Assembly: GCA_964399325.1 (NCBI GenBank)
Contig: CAYNQP010000001.1
Location: forward strand, 1 to 41,153
DNA: 41,153 bases
Source: an uncultured Pirellulales bacterium
GTDB taxonomy: Bacteria > Planctomycetota > Phycisphaerae > Sedimentisphaerales > Anaerobacaceae
Direction of reading: 5' to 3'
The notes beneath the pieces were generated by a model. The model worked only from the letters and a program-made list of their open reading frames with translations. It did not search any database and had not been told where the DNA came from. The translations under genes and the position numbers were made by a program. Shown piece after piece: positions 1-7,691 of the stretch. Positions within the stretch are counted from its first letter, which is position 1. Each line of letters begins with the position of its first letter.

Positions 1-1
1 C

Positions 2-142
2 GTCACCAAATCGGTCGTCACGGATCTCAAGACGGGCGGCAAGACCGAAATGGCGTTCAACGAAGTCAAGTACAACCTCGGGATCGGGGACATCTTCGAA
101 GAACGGTATCTCCAGCGTCCCCCACGGGAGGCTGTGCGATGA
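2..142 (+). CDS. 3' end (46 codons) of a gene starting upstream of the window; possibly a LolA-like outer-membrane lipoprotein-sorting protein
   Basis: The frame is open from the window edge: VTKSVVTDLKTGGKTEMAFNEVKYNLGIGDIFEERYLQRPPREAVR*. Its TGA (140-142) overlaps the ATG (139-141) of the next gene (ATGA coupling). The family guess rests only on the C-terminal motif and the adjacent beta-barrel gene. Confidence 0.4.
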   Translation, partial: VTKSVVTDLKTGGKTEMAFNEVKYNLGIGDIFEERYLQRPPREAVR

Positions 143-1434
143 TGTTGTCACGGCGCGTCACGGCCGCGGTGGTTCTGTTGGCTGCGGCCCTGTCCTCTGC
201 TGTTACAGCCCAGGACGAGCAGGACAAGCAGAACCCGATCAAGGCGTGGCTCGATGAGCACGAGATCGAGTATCACGGTTTCTATGAAGCGCGCGCCGGC
301 TACCGCCTCCAGAACGATCCCTACGAGAAGGACATGTCGATCATGGAGGCCCGCTACCAGTTCGACCTGTTCACCATGCGCGACTGGGGCGACGTGAAGG
401 TCAAGGGCGATGTCTATGGCGACGGCGTCGAGGAAAAGGGCGTCTTCGACCTGCGCGAGGCCAACGTCTTCATGCGGCCTTCGGACCACATGGACATTAA
501 GTTCGGACGCCAGGCGCTGACCTGGGGCACGGGCGACCTGATCTTCATCAATGACCTGTTCCCCAAGGACTGGCAGTCGTTCTTCATCGGTCGCGACACG
601 GAGTATCTCAAGGCCCCGTCTGACGCCGTCAAGGTCAGTCTGTTTCACGACTGGGCCAATCTCGACATTGCTTACACGCCGGAATTCGACTCCGACCGTA
701 TCATCAGCGGCGAGCGTCTGTCTTACTGGAACCCTGCGCTGCTGCGCCGGGCCGGCATGGACCGTCAACTCGGCACGCAGAAACGCAACGACTTCTTCGA
801 CGAAGACGAGCTGGCGCTGCGCCTCTACAGAAACATCAGCAACTACGAGCTGGCCCTGTACACGTACTGGGGCTATTGGAAGAGTCCCGGCGGGTTCGAT
901 CCGACGATGAGCTATGCCATCTTCCCCGAGCTGAATGTCTACGGGGCCAGTGCGCGCGGCACGGTGGGCAAGGGCATCGGCAATGTCGAGATCGGTTACT
1001 ACGACTCAGCCGATGACCGCCAGGGCACCAACTTCCTCATCAACAATTCGGAGATGCGCTACCTCGTCGGTTACACTCAAGAGGTCGGTCGTGACCTCAC
1101 GGCGGGCGTGCAGTATTACGTCGAGCAGATGCTGGATTACGGCAGCTACCGGCGCACCCTGCCGGGCGGTCCGGCCCGCGACGAGTTCCGCCACCTGACC
1201 ACGCTGCGCCTGACGAAGCTGCTGATGAACCAGAACCTGAGGCTCTCGCTGTTCACGTACTACTCGCCCTCCGATCAGGACGTCTACCTGCGGCCGATCG
1301 CCAACTACAAAGCCAGTGACAATCTCGCCATCGAGGTTGGCGCCAACATCTTCGCCGGCGACCAGCCCTACACCTTCTTCAACCAGTTCCACAACAACAC
1401 CAACATCTACACCGCCATTCGCTACAGCTTTTGA
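139..1434 (+). CDS. Outer-membrane beta-barrel protein (DUF1302/porin-like), secreted
   Basis: 431 aa with an N-terminal signal peptide (MMLSRRVTAAVVLLAAALSSAVTAQ). It has an alternating aromatic/hydrophilic strand pattern rich in Tyr/Gly/Asn and a C-terminal ...IYTAIRYSF ending in Phe, typical of OMP barrels. Third-position GC is high. Confidence 0.75.
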   Translation: MMLSRRVTAAVVLLAAALSSAVTAQDEQDKQNPIKAWLDEHEIEYHGFYEARAGYRLQNDPYEKDMSIMEARYQFDLFTMRDWGDVKVKGDVYGDGVEEKGVFDLREANVFMRPSDHMDIKFGRQALTWGTGDLIFINDLFPKDWQSFFIGRDTEYLKAPSDAVKVSLFHDWANLDIAYTPEFDSDRIISGERLSYWNPALLRRAGMDRQLGTQKRNDFFDEDELALRLYRNISNYELALYTYWGYWKSPGGFDPTMSYAIFPELNVYGASARGTVGKGIGNVEIGYYDSADDRQGTNFLINNSEMRYLVGYTQEVGRDLTAGVQYYVEQMLDYGSYRRTLPGGPARDEFRHLTTLRLTKLLMNQNLRLSLFTYYSPSDQDVYLRPIANYKASDNLAIEVGANIFAGDQPYTFFNQFHNNTNIYTAIRYSF

Positions 1435-1508
1435 ACCGAGCAGCGTGGTGCGGCATACGCGTGGCAGGAGATGACATCGTCCGGCTGAGGTGACCACCGG
1501 CGGAAGGC

Positions 1509-2321
1509 TCAGGACAAAGCGTTGAGCGCATTCACATAGATGCTCTCATGAGCGTGGCAATAGATCAGCCGGCTCTTATCAGTGAGCCTCGTTTGCCAGT
1601 ACAGGACACCACATAGAATTGTCTCTGCCACTTCGGCGGCTTGCAGATCTTCACTCGTCGCGATTACCTTCCACAAACCACCGCCGCTCGCCCCTTGGTA
1701 ATTCGTTGGATTATCTCTGTGGCATTGCACTGAGATACTACAAAAATCGAAGTCGCCCTGCTTCCAGTATTTCTCTATGCGCCCCACAGCTCCGCACAAC
1801 ATGCCGAAGCCCTTGGTCGCGTCGAATCCAACTTCGGATGGTCCCTCTTGTGTCCATTCACCAACGAGTGCAGAAAGGAATATGCCAGCATCGTACCCAA
1901 TGGGCCTCACCGCGTTGCCGTCGACCATGTGCGAAAGCTCACAAAATGATTTCCGGGCTTTGAGCGTCCCGATACAGGTAGAGGGCAGTTCAATCAATGC
2001 AAGATCCGGCCCAGATTGCGCGGTGGTACCAGACCAACCGATGTAGGTCTCCTTGAGAAGGCTGGTCGCAATCACTAGGCGGTGTGCGTTCGTCTGTAGA
2101 CATAGCCCAATCTCACGTGTCTCCTTTATGTGTTTAACCACGTGCGCCGCTGTCAGGATCGCGTGTTTCCCCTTGTAGCTAACCAATGTTCCTGAGCCGA
2201 GAAGGCTGTCCTCCACTGCCTCAGCTTTGATCCTGACAAAGCCAATCGTCGACCACCCCAATCGCTCTTTCACTTTCTCACAATACTCGCGTATGTGTAT
2301 GATATTGGGCATTTCGTTCAT
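1509..2321 (-). CDS. Trypsin-fold (S1/Trypsin_2-like) serine protease, no signal peptide
   Basis: 270 aa. The His/Asp/Ser triad context is readable: LTAAHVV, GPDLALIEL, YQGASGGGLW. No hydrophobic N-terminus. GC is visibly lower than the surrounding genes. Met4 (2312) is an alternative start. Confidence 0.75.
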   Translation of the reverse strand: MNEMPNIIHIREYCEKVKERLGWSTIGFVRIKAEAVEDSLLGSGTLVSYKGKHAILTAAHVVKHIKETREIGLCLQTNAHRLVIATSLLKETYIGWSGTTAQSGPDLALIELPSTCIGTLKARKSFCELSHMVDGNAVRPIGYDAGIFLSALVGEWTQEGPSEVGFDATKGFGMLCGAVGRIEKYWKQGDFDFCSISVQCHRDNPTNYQGASGGGLWKVIATSEDLQAAEVAETILCGVLYWQTRLTDKSRLIYCHAHESIYVNALNALS

Positions 2322-2412
2322 ACCTTATCGCATATGCGCAATATCGCCAAGCCTCCCACCTGGCTACCTCAGGCATGTTGCGCTGTGAAGGCGCAAGACC
2401 GACATGGCCGTC

Positions 2413-2640
2413 TCAGGAAAAGGTGGCTACGGCAATGCATCGTTCCTGTGCGAACGACTTGCGATGCAGTTTGATCCGCTCGATCTCTTGTAGGGTCTCT
2501 GCCGTGAGGTAGCTGTCCCCACAGTGCGGACAACTGACGACAGGCACATTCTCAATGACGAACAGACTGGCCCCTTTGCCGTAACTCCGCGAGACCCGCC
2601 GCACCTGTGCACCGGTCCTACCACAAATATCGCATATCAT
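2413..2640 (-). CDS. YgiT-type zinc-finger protein (MqsA-like antitoxin N-domain only)
   Basis: 75 aa with CDIC...(x27)...CPHCG, a four-Cys zinc ribbon as in the TIGR03831-type family. It starts 9 nt downstream of the DUF4258 gene, the usual partner arrangement. Confidence 0.75.
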   Translation of the reverse strand: MICDICGRTGAQVRRVSRSYGKGASLFVIENVPVVSCPHCGDSYLTAETLQEIERIKLHRKSFAQERCIAVATFS

Positions 2641-2649
2641 AGGCCTGCT

Positions 2650-2931
2650 CTACTCTCTGAATACCGTGATGAACACCAGTTTGTCTGTCGAGCCGAATTT
2701 GGCAACCACTGTCATGCTATCACCGGCAAGGGATTGCCCGCCGACCAGATACTTCCATTCCTTTGAAGCCCGATCCTTTTGCCGCTCTGTGATTCGACCG
2801 GTAAGAACAACGCTTTCCACATCATAGACGCCCAACCCATCAGCACTCATCTCATCTTCCGCGTGGACTGTCATCACGTATTGGCGAGTGCGGACAAGCT
2901 CTCGCATTCTCTTGAGAATGCGGTCAAACAT
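2650..2931 (-). CDS. DUF4258-family toxin-like protein
   Basis: 93 aa: MTVHAEDEMSADGL...VESVVLTGRI...VVAKFGSTDKLVFITVFRE, matching the DUF4258 pattern (hA..rM..r.i....v...G.i ... ITVy). GGAG lies 6 nt upstream of the ATG. Confidence 0.75.
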   Translation of the reverse strand: MFDRILKRMRELVRTRQYVMTVHAEDEMSADGLGVYDVESVVLTGRITERQKDRASKEWKYLVGGQSLAGDSMTVVAKFGSTDKLVFITVFRE

Positions 2932-3385
2932 ATTCGTCTCCAGGACAGACGGTTGTTCCGGCCACCAATCAATTATACCACAGGGCTGCTTATTTTCAAC
3001 GTACCATTCGCGATATCCGACAGAGAAGGCCCCTAATGGGCAAGATTGCGACCCCCCGGAATCGGGTGCGCTTCACGTTTGTAGATAAAGCGGATAATCG
3101 GGTACCCTGGTCATGTCGAGCGAAGCAACGCGGAGTCGAGACATCTGGCTGCGAATGAGGTACCCACCTTGTCGCCGGCCAGATTCCTCCGTTCCGGCCT
3201 GCCTCCGGCAGCCCTCCAGTCGGAACGACAACCACAGTCGCCGGGTGGCGGAACCTACCTACAAACGTGAATCGCCCCCCTTGAACCCTCAGAGGACGAA
3301 AAAAGGTGCATTCGAGCAGCGAAGAAGGCATAATGGGCGCGAGTTGCGTTGCTATGTGAATGAAGACACAGCGAATGGGATCGCT

Positions 3386-4297
3386 ATGATTGCGGTTGAA
3401 GGGGTGTGCAAGCGGTTTGGTGACATCGTCGCGGTGGATGATGTCAGCTTCGAGGTGCGGCGCGGGGAGACGTTCGGACTGCTCGGGCCTAATGGGGCGG
3501 GCAAGACCACCACGATCAATATCCTCTGCGGCCTACTGCGGCCGGACGGCGGGACGGTCTCGCTCAATGGCAAGGCCGACCCGATGCGCCCGGAGGTGCG
3601 CGCCTCGCTCGGCGTGGCGCCTCAGAGCTTGGCACTGTACGAAGAGCTCACGGCCCGGGGCAATCTCGAATTCTTCGGGCGGATCAACGGGCTGGCCGGC
3701 TCGAAGCTCAAGAAGCAGGTCGCGACGTGTCTGGAGATCGCGGGCTTGACCCAGCGCGCCAAGGACAAGGTCGCCACCTTCAGCGGCGGTATGAAGCGGC
3801 GCCTCAACCTGGTCTGCTCCCTGCTCCACGAGCCGATGATCCTCCTGCTGGACGAGCCGACGGTCGGCGTCGATCCGCAGTCGCGCAATCTGATCTTCGA
3901 CACCATCGAGCGGCTGAGGTCCGAGGGCCGGACCATCATCTACACCACGCACTACATGGAGGAGGCGCAGCGTCTGTGCGATCGCGTTGCGATCATCGAC
4001 CACGGCAAGATGCTCGACCTCGACGCGGTCGAGAGCCTCATCGCCAAGCACGGCGGCCCGTCGCACATCGAGGCTGAGCTGGAACGGCCGGCCGAGAAGC
4101 CCGAGGAGTTGGCCCAGCGCCTCGGGGCCAAAGATCTCGAATGGCATGGCGACACGGTTCGCTTCGAGACGGCCGAGCCCATGCAAAGCCTCGCGGCCCT
4201 GAACCAGTGCGGCGTCCGCTTCAAGACGTTGAAGGTCGAGACCACCAACCTCGAAGACGTCTTCCTGAACCTGACCGGAAGGAGGCTGAGAGACTGA
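3386..4297 (+). CDS. ABC transporter ATP-binding protein (ABC-2 type exporter subunit)
   Basis: Walker A GPNGAGKTT, signature FSGGMKRRL, Walker B LLLDEPTVGVD, H-loop TTHYMEE. The tracked ORF starts at 3113, but the first 91 codons are Arg/Pro/Ser-rich non-coding-like sequence. ATG 3386 (MIAVEGVCKRFG) is the family-typical start; an in-frame GTG at 3356 is an alternative. Confidence 0.9.
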   Translation: MIAVEGVCKRFGDIVAVDDVSFEVRRGETFGLLGPNGAGKTTTINILCGLLRPDGGTVSLNGKADPMRPEVRASLGVAPQSLALYEELTARGNLEFFGRINGLAGSKLKKQVATCLEIAGLTQRAKDKVATFSGGMKRRLNLVCSLLHEPMILLLDEPTVGVDPQSRNLIFDTIERLRSEGRTIIYTTHYMEEAQRLCDRVAIIDHGKMLDLDAVESLIAKHGGPSHIEAELERPAEKPEELAQRLGAKDLEWHGDTVRFETAEPMQSLAALNQCGVRFKTLKVETTNLEDVFLNLTGRRLRD

Positions 4298-5565
4298 TGG
4301 CGACCCTACTGACATTGGCGCTCAAAGACCTCCGCGTGTTGATAGCCGACAAAGGCAACGTGTTTTGGGTCTTCGTCTTTCCGGCGCTGTTCGCCTTGTT
4401 GTTCGGCGCCATTTATTCCGGGGCCGGCGATGGCCCCTCGGGGATGAAGCTGGCGGTCGTGGATGAAGACAAGAGCGAAATGTCGGAGAAGTACGTCGCG
4501 CACCTCGAGTCGGAAGAGGCCCTCAGCGTCCTGCGCCTGGATCGAGATGATGCGCTGGGGCGTGTGCGCAAGGGCAACGTGGCGGCCGCGGTCGTGATCG
4601 GCCAGGGTTTCGGCGACGGGTTCGGCGCCATCTTCGACGCCGACGATCCCAAGCTCCAGATCGCCTCTGACCCGGGACGAAAGATGGAAGGGGCCTACTT
4701 GGAGGGCCTGCTGGCCAAGGCCCAGTTCGAGGTCATGGCCGCACGGTTCCAGGACCGGCCTTGGATGCAGCAGCAGATGGGCACGTGGCGCAGCGAGATC
4801 GCGTCGGACAATGATCTTGATGCCGGCGACGCGCAAGTCTACCTGCGCTTCTTCGACGCCATGAGCAACTTCCTGGACGACGTCAACGAGCAGGACTACG
4901 AGAGCGGCCTGGGCGACGGGATGCTCAGCGTGGCGCGGCTGGACGTGCAACGGGAATCGGACATGCCCAAGACCGGGTTTCAGATCACCTTCCCCCAGGC
5001 CATCATCTGGGCGATCCTCAGTTGTGCCGCGACGTTCGCGGTCTCGATTGTCAGAGAGCGCACAACGGGCACCTTCCAGCGCCTGCGCATCGGCCCGATC
5101 TCGCAGGCCCACATCCTCGCGGGTAAAGGCCTGGCGTGCTTTCTCACTTGCGCGTTCGTGGCCGGCATGCTGACGTTGGGTGGCCGGCTCATTTTCAAAG
5201 TCCCCATCGGCAGCCCTGTCCTATTAGTTGTCGCGGCGACATGTGCGGTGTTGTGTTTCGTCGGGCTGATGATGTTCGTCTCGACCTTGGGCAAGACCGA
5301 GCAGAGCGTCGGCGGGGCTGGCTGGGCCATGCTCATGATTATGGCGATGTTCGGCGGCGGCATGATGCCGTTGGTCTTCATGCCCTCCTGGATGCAAAGA
5401 TTTAGCCACTTCAGCCCCGTCAAGTGGGGCATCCTGGCGATGGAAGGGGCCATCTGGCGCGACTTCAGCATCGGCGAGATGCTGTTTCCCTGCGGCGTTC
5501 TCCTCCTCATCGGCCTGGTCCTGTTCCTGCTCGGCGTCCTGATGCTCCGCCGTAGCCAATTGTAG
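4297..5565 (+). CDS. ABC-2 family transporter permease
   Basis: MATLLTLALKDLRVLIADKGNVFWVFVFPALFALLFG, then a large extracytoplasmic loop and a C-terminal bundle of about 5 TM helices. Its ATG (4297-4299) overlaps the TGA (4295-4297) of the ATPase by 1 nt (TGATG). Confidence 0.85.
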   Translation: MATLLTLALKDLRVLIADKGNVFWVFVFPALFALLFGAIYSGAGDGPSGMKLAVVDEDKSEMSEKYVAHLESEEALSVLRLDRDDALGRVRKGNVAAAVVIGQGFGDGFGAIFDADDPKLQIASDPGRKMEGAYLEGLLAKAQFEVMAARFQDRPWMQQQMGTWRSEIASDNDLDAGDAQVYLRFFDAMSNFLDDVNEQDYESGLGDGMLSVARLDVQRESDMPKTGFQITFPQAIIWAILSCAATFAVSIVRERTTGTFQRLRIGPISQAHILAGKGLACFLTCAFVAGMLTLGGRLIFKVPIGSPVLLVVAATCAVLCFVGLMMFVSTLGKTEQSVGGAGWAMLMIMAMFGGGMMPLVFMPSWMQRFSHFSPVKWGILAMEGAIWRDFSIGEMLFPCGVLLLIGLVLFLLGVLMLRRSQL

Positions 5566-5591
5566 GCTCGCCCTTCATTAGTGCGGCCGCC

Positions 5592-6005
5592 CTAAACAAG
5601 TCTCGTCCGCAAACCCACCTTCTTTGCAGCAGAGACCTGTTTCTTGTCCGCTGACACAAACAATTCGGCTCTCCATCGGACCGCGCACGCAATGTGCAGC
5701 GCGTCCATCGCGCGCACCGGGCTCGCCTCAAGAATACACGTGCACGTTGAGATGACATCCGGCGTGAGATTGACGATCATGGCATCGCGGATGTCATCGG
5801 ATATGTTTTCCTTAGCCGCTTCGTACTGCTGGGCCGACAGATTCCGTTCGCGCACGCGTCGATTGAGAGCGGAGATGATCTCCGGGATACAGACGACACT
5901 CAGGGCAACCTCCGTGGCCGCCGCACAGAGCGCCTCCGCTGCCTGGCTGCCTGGCTCTTCCACGTACCGCTTTGCGAAAGCGGAGGAGTCAAGAAACGTC
6001 TTCAC
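5592..6005 (-). CDS. vapC: PIN-domain toxin (VapC family)
   Basis: 137 aa. MKTFLDSSAFAKRY carries the first conserved Asp, followed by ...AMDALHIACA... and ...LFVSADKKQ, matching the PIN acidic-residue pattern. It overlaps the upstream antitoxin gene by 17 nt. Confidence 0.8.
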   Translation of the reverse strand: MKTFLDSSAFAKRYVEEPGSQAAEALCAAATEVALSVVCIPEIISALNRRVRERNLSAQQYEAAKENISDDIRDAMIVNLTPDVISTCTCILEASPVRAMDALHIACAVRWRAELFVSADKKQVSAAKKVGLRTRLV

Positions 6006-6228
6006 GCCGTCGCTCCTCGATAACCGCCGCCGACAAGCTTGCCCCTTTGGCGGTCAGCCGTAGCGCTGGCCGCTTCCACGAGGGTTTGCTCCCACGCTCC
6101 GCCGAAGGGGGACAGACCTCCGCAATGGGCTTGCCATGGCGCAGTACCAGGAAGCTTTCCCCTTTCTCAACATCAGAGAGCAACCCCGAAGCGTGTTTTC
6201 GGAACTCCGTGAACGTTATCGTCTTCAC
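5989..6228 (-). CDS. Phd/YefM-family antitoxin
   Basis: 79 aa. MKTITFTEFRKHASGLLSDVEKGESFLVLRHGKPIAEV is the typical Phd/YefM N-terminal fold signature. It sits directly upstream of and overlapping the PIN gene. Confidence 0.8.
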   Translation of the reverse strand: MKTITFTEFRKHASGLLSDVEKGESFLVLRHGKPIAEVCPPSAERGSKPSWKRPALRLTAKGASLSAAVIEERRREDVS

Positions 6229-6250
6229 TTGCAGACCTCCTAATTACAAC

Positions 6251-6275
6251 TGTACATTCTGTACATAAGTGTACA
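6251..6275 (-). promoter_or_regulatory. Putative antitoxin operator: three TGTACA palindromes
   Basis: TGTACA occurs at 6251-6256, 6260-6265 and 6270-6275 (centre spacing 9 and 10 bp). They begin 23 nt upstream of the Phd start codon (6228) in an AT-rich stretch. Confidence 0.5.
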
Positions 6276-6334
6276 ATATGTGGCACGGTTTGTCAAGGCC
6301 TCCGCGCTGGTCGGAGATGCGTATGAACCTCTGA

Positions 6335-6706
6335 CTACAGCATATATCCCTGGTCAGCCCAGTAGTGCCAGTCTGCGATGGCTTCTCTGGTATCCTCATC
6401 CGTCTCACCGATGGGTCTCACCTGCGACAGAGGAACCGCAAGACCTCGCCTTTCCCAGCGCATCATGACGAACATGTCGTGTTGACACTCGTCCTCAGGA
6501 GCCATGCCCAGAATTTCGACTTCATCGCCTTCGTGCAAAGGTGAAACAGCCCTCTCGGCGATGCACGTGGCGGTAAACGGAAACTGTAGCTTCTCTTCAA
6601 GGGAGTAATACCAGCCCATTGCCTGTTCTTCCGGGCCATACGCATCGACGATGATTTCCTCCGTGATACGACGTTCCCTTTCGGTGTTCTTCCTGGCTTT
6701 GCTCAT
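6335..6706 (-). CDS. Small conserved protein of the family commonly auto-annotated 'calcium-binding protein' (function unknown)
   Basis: MSKARKNTERERRITEEIIVDAYGPEEQAMGWYYSLEEKLQFPFTATCIAERAVSPL..GDEVEILGMAPEDECQHDMFVMMRWERRGLAVPLSQV...DWHYW. From memory this pattern matches cyanobacterial and planctomycetal homologues. GAGGA lies 5 nt upstream of ATG 6706. The ORF track extends to 6754. Confidence 0.6.
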   Translation of the reverse strand: MSKARKNTERERRITEEIIVDAYGPEEQAMGWYYSLEEKLQFPFTATCIAERAVSPLHEGDEVEILGMAPEDECQHDMFVMMRWERRGLAVPLSQVRPIGETDEDTREAIADWHYWADQGYML

Positions 6707-6802
6707 ACTGTCCTCACTTGTCGACACGGACTTACCGTCACACACCACCGGCAAGGAACCCGCCGCTGGTTTCGCCTACGCGGAGGTGGTGGCTGGACGC
6801 TC

Positions 6803-7369
6803 TTATTTCCCGCCTTTCATGTACATTATGAGTTCCACGATTCTGAGGGGGCTCACGCTATACCCGAGCTTCCTGGTCATTGAACTGTAAACGAGCGCGA
6901 AGTTGGGGTACCGAACAAGTTCCTCGCAGTTGCTGAGGTAGGCGAAGTAGTTTTGGGGCTTGTTCATGTGGTGCCAGGACTCCCGACCGTTAATGTACCA
7001 GTAGACTCTGCTATCCCAGATGGCGTAGACACTGGGAGCGATGAAATGGAGGAGCTTAGATGTTCCGACAACCGAATTGTTGATAAGCTTGCTGAGAGTC
7101 TTCACTTCGGATTCCGTGATCAACTCTTTGCGTTTTGCCTTGTTGAGGATGGCCACAGAGCCATCGAGAGCGTTGGCCTTGAACCTAAGCATTGTGGGCA
7201 TCCAGCCGTAAGTGAAGTTTGCTCCAATAATAAGGTGGTGGCGGGTTATCGCCTCAATGTCAGCGAAGTACTTCACAAATTCCGGGTAAGTAATGTGGTC
7301 TAAATCTGTCGGGTTGATTTGAATGTCGTGCTCGTCCTGGACTATTCTCGCTATGGAGACCTTATTCAT
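6803..7369 (-). CDS. Hypothetical protein, possibly OGG-fold (8-oxoguanine glycosylase-like fold) family
   Basis: Low-GC ORF. The motif VVGTSKLLHFIAPSVYAIWDSRV resembles the (S/T)K(L/I)LHF..P..(F/Y).I.D.RV signature of proteins annotated as OGG-fold. ATG 7369 has GAGGAA 6 nt upstream. The track start at 7387 is a GTG. Confidence 0.55.
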   Translation of the reverse strand: MNKVSIARIVQDEHDIQINPTDLDHITYPEFVKYFADIEAITRHHLIIGANFTYGWMPTMLRFKANALDGSVAILNKAKRKELITESEVKTLSKLINNSVVGTSKLLHFIAPSVYAIWDSRVYWYINGRESWHHMNKPQNYFAYLSNCEELVRYPNFALVYSSMTRKLGYSVSPLRIVELIMYMKGGK

Positions 7370-7691
7370 GTGCGATTCCTCGAACACGGTTCATATAGAT
7401 CGCTGTGATGCCCTGAACACCGTTCTGGTGGCGTATGAGACGCCCGTGGAAAGAGCAGCACTACGATCATGCCCGGGTCATGGCGGTCTGGAGACTCGCG
7501 GGCTTCGCCAACGGGAGCGAGGATAGCATGGCACGTCGAGCAAGGCAATGGGCATGACAAGAAACGTGTGGAATTGGGCCGGCCAAGGGCGGCTTGTTTT
7601 GATTTGACGAGGGGCGGATGGCGGTTTAGACTTCGGGAGTCAGAAGTCCTCTCTTGGTAGTTGAATTCTTGAGTCTGTGAGGAAGACTGTC

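Noticed and set aside
3113-3385. N-terminal 91-codon extension of the ABC ATPase ORF (similarly 4141-4296, 11630-11788, 12415-12510, 26885-26977, 27473-27544)
   Set aside because: The extensions are Arg/Pro/Ser-rich, overlap upstream genes or repeats, and precede family-typical start sites with better RBS or start-stop coupling. The shorter starts were preferred.
7437-7449. GAGACGCCCGTGG (and GGGCAAGATTGCGAC at about 3041-3055) as additional REP type 2 copies
   Set aside because: Only about 13-15 nt of partial similarity with mismatches. This cannot be distinguished from chance in GC-rich DNA without a genome-wide search.
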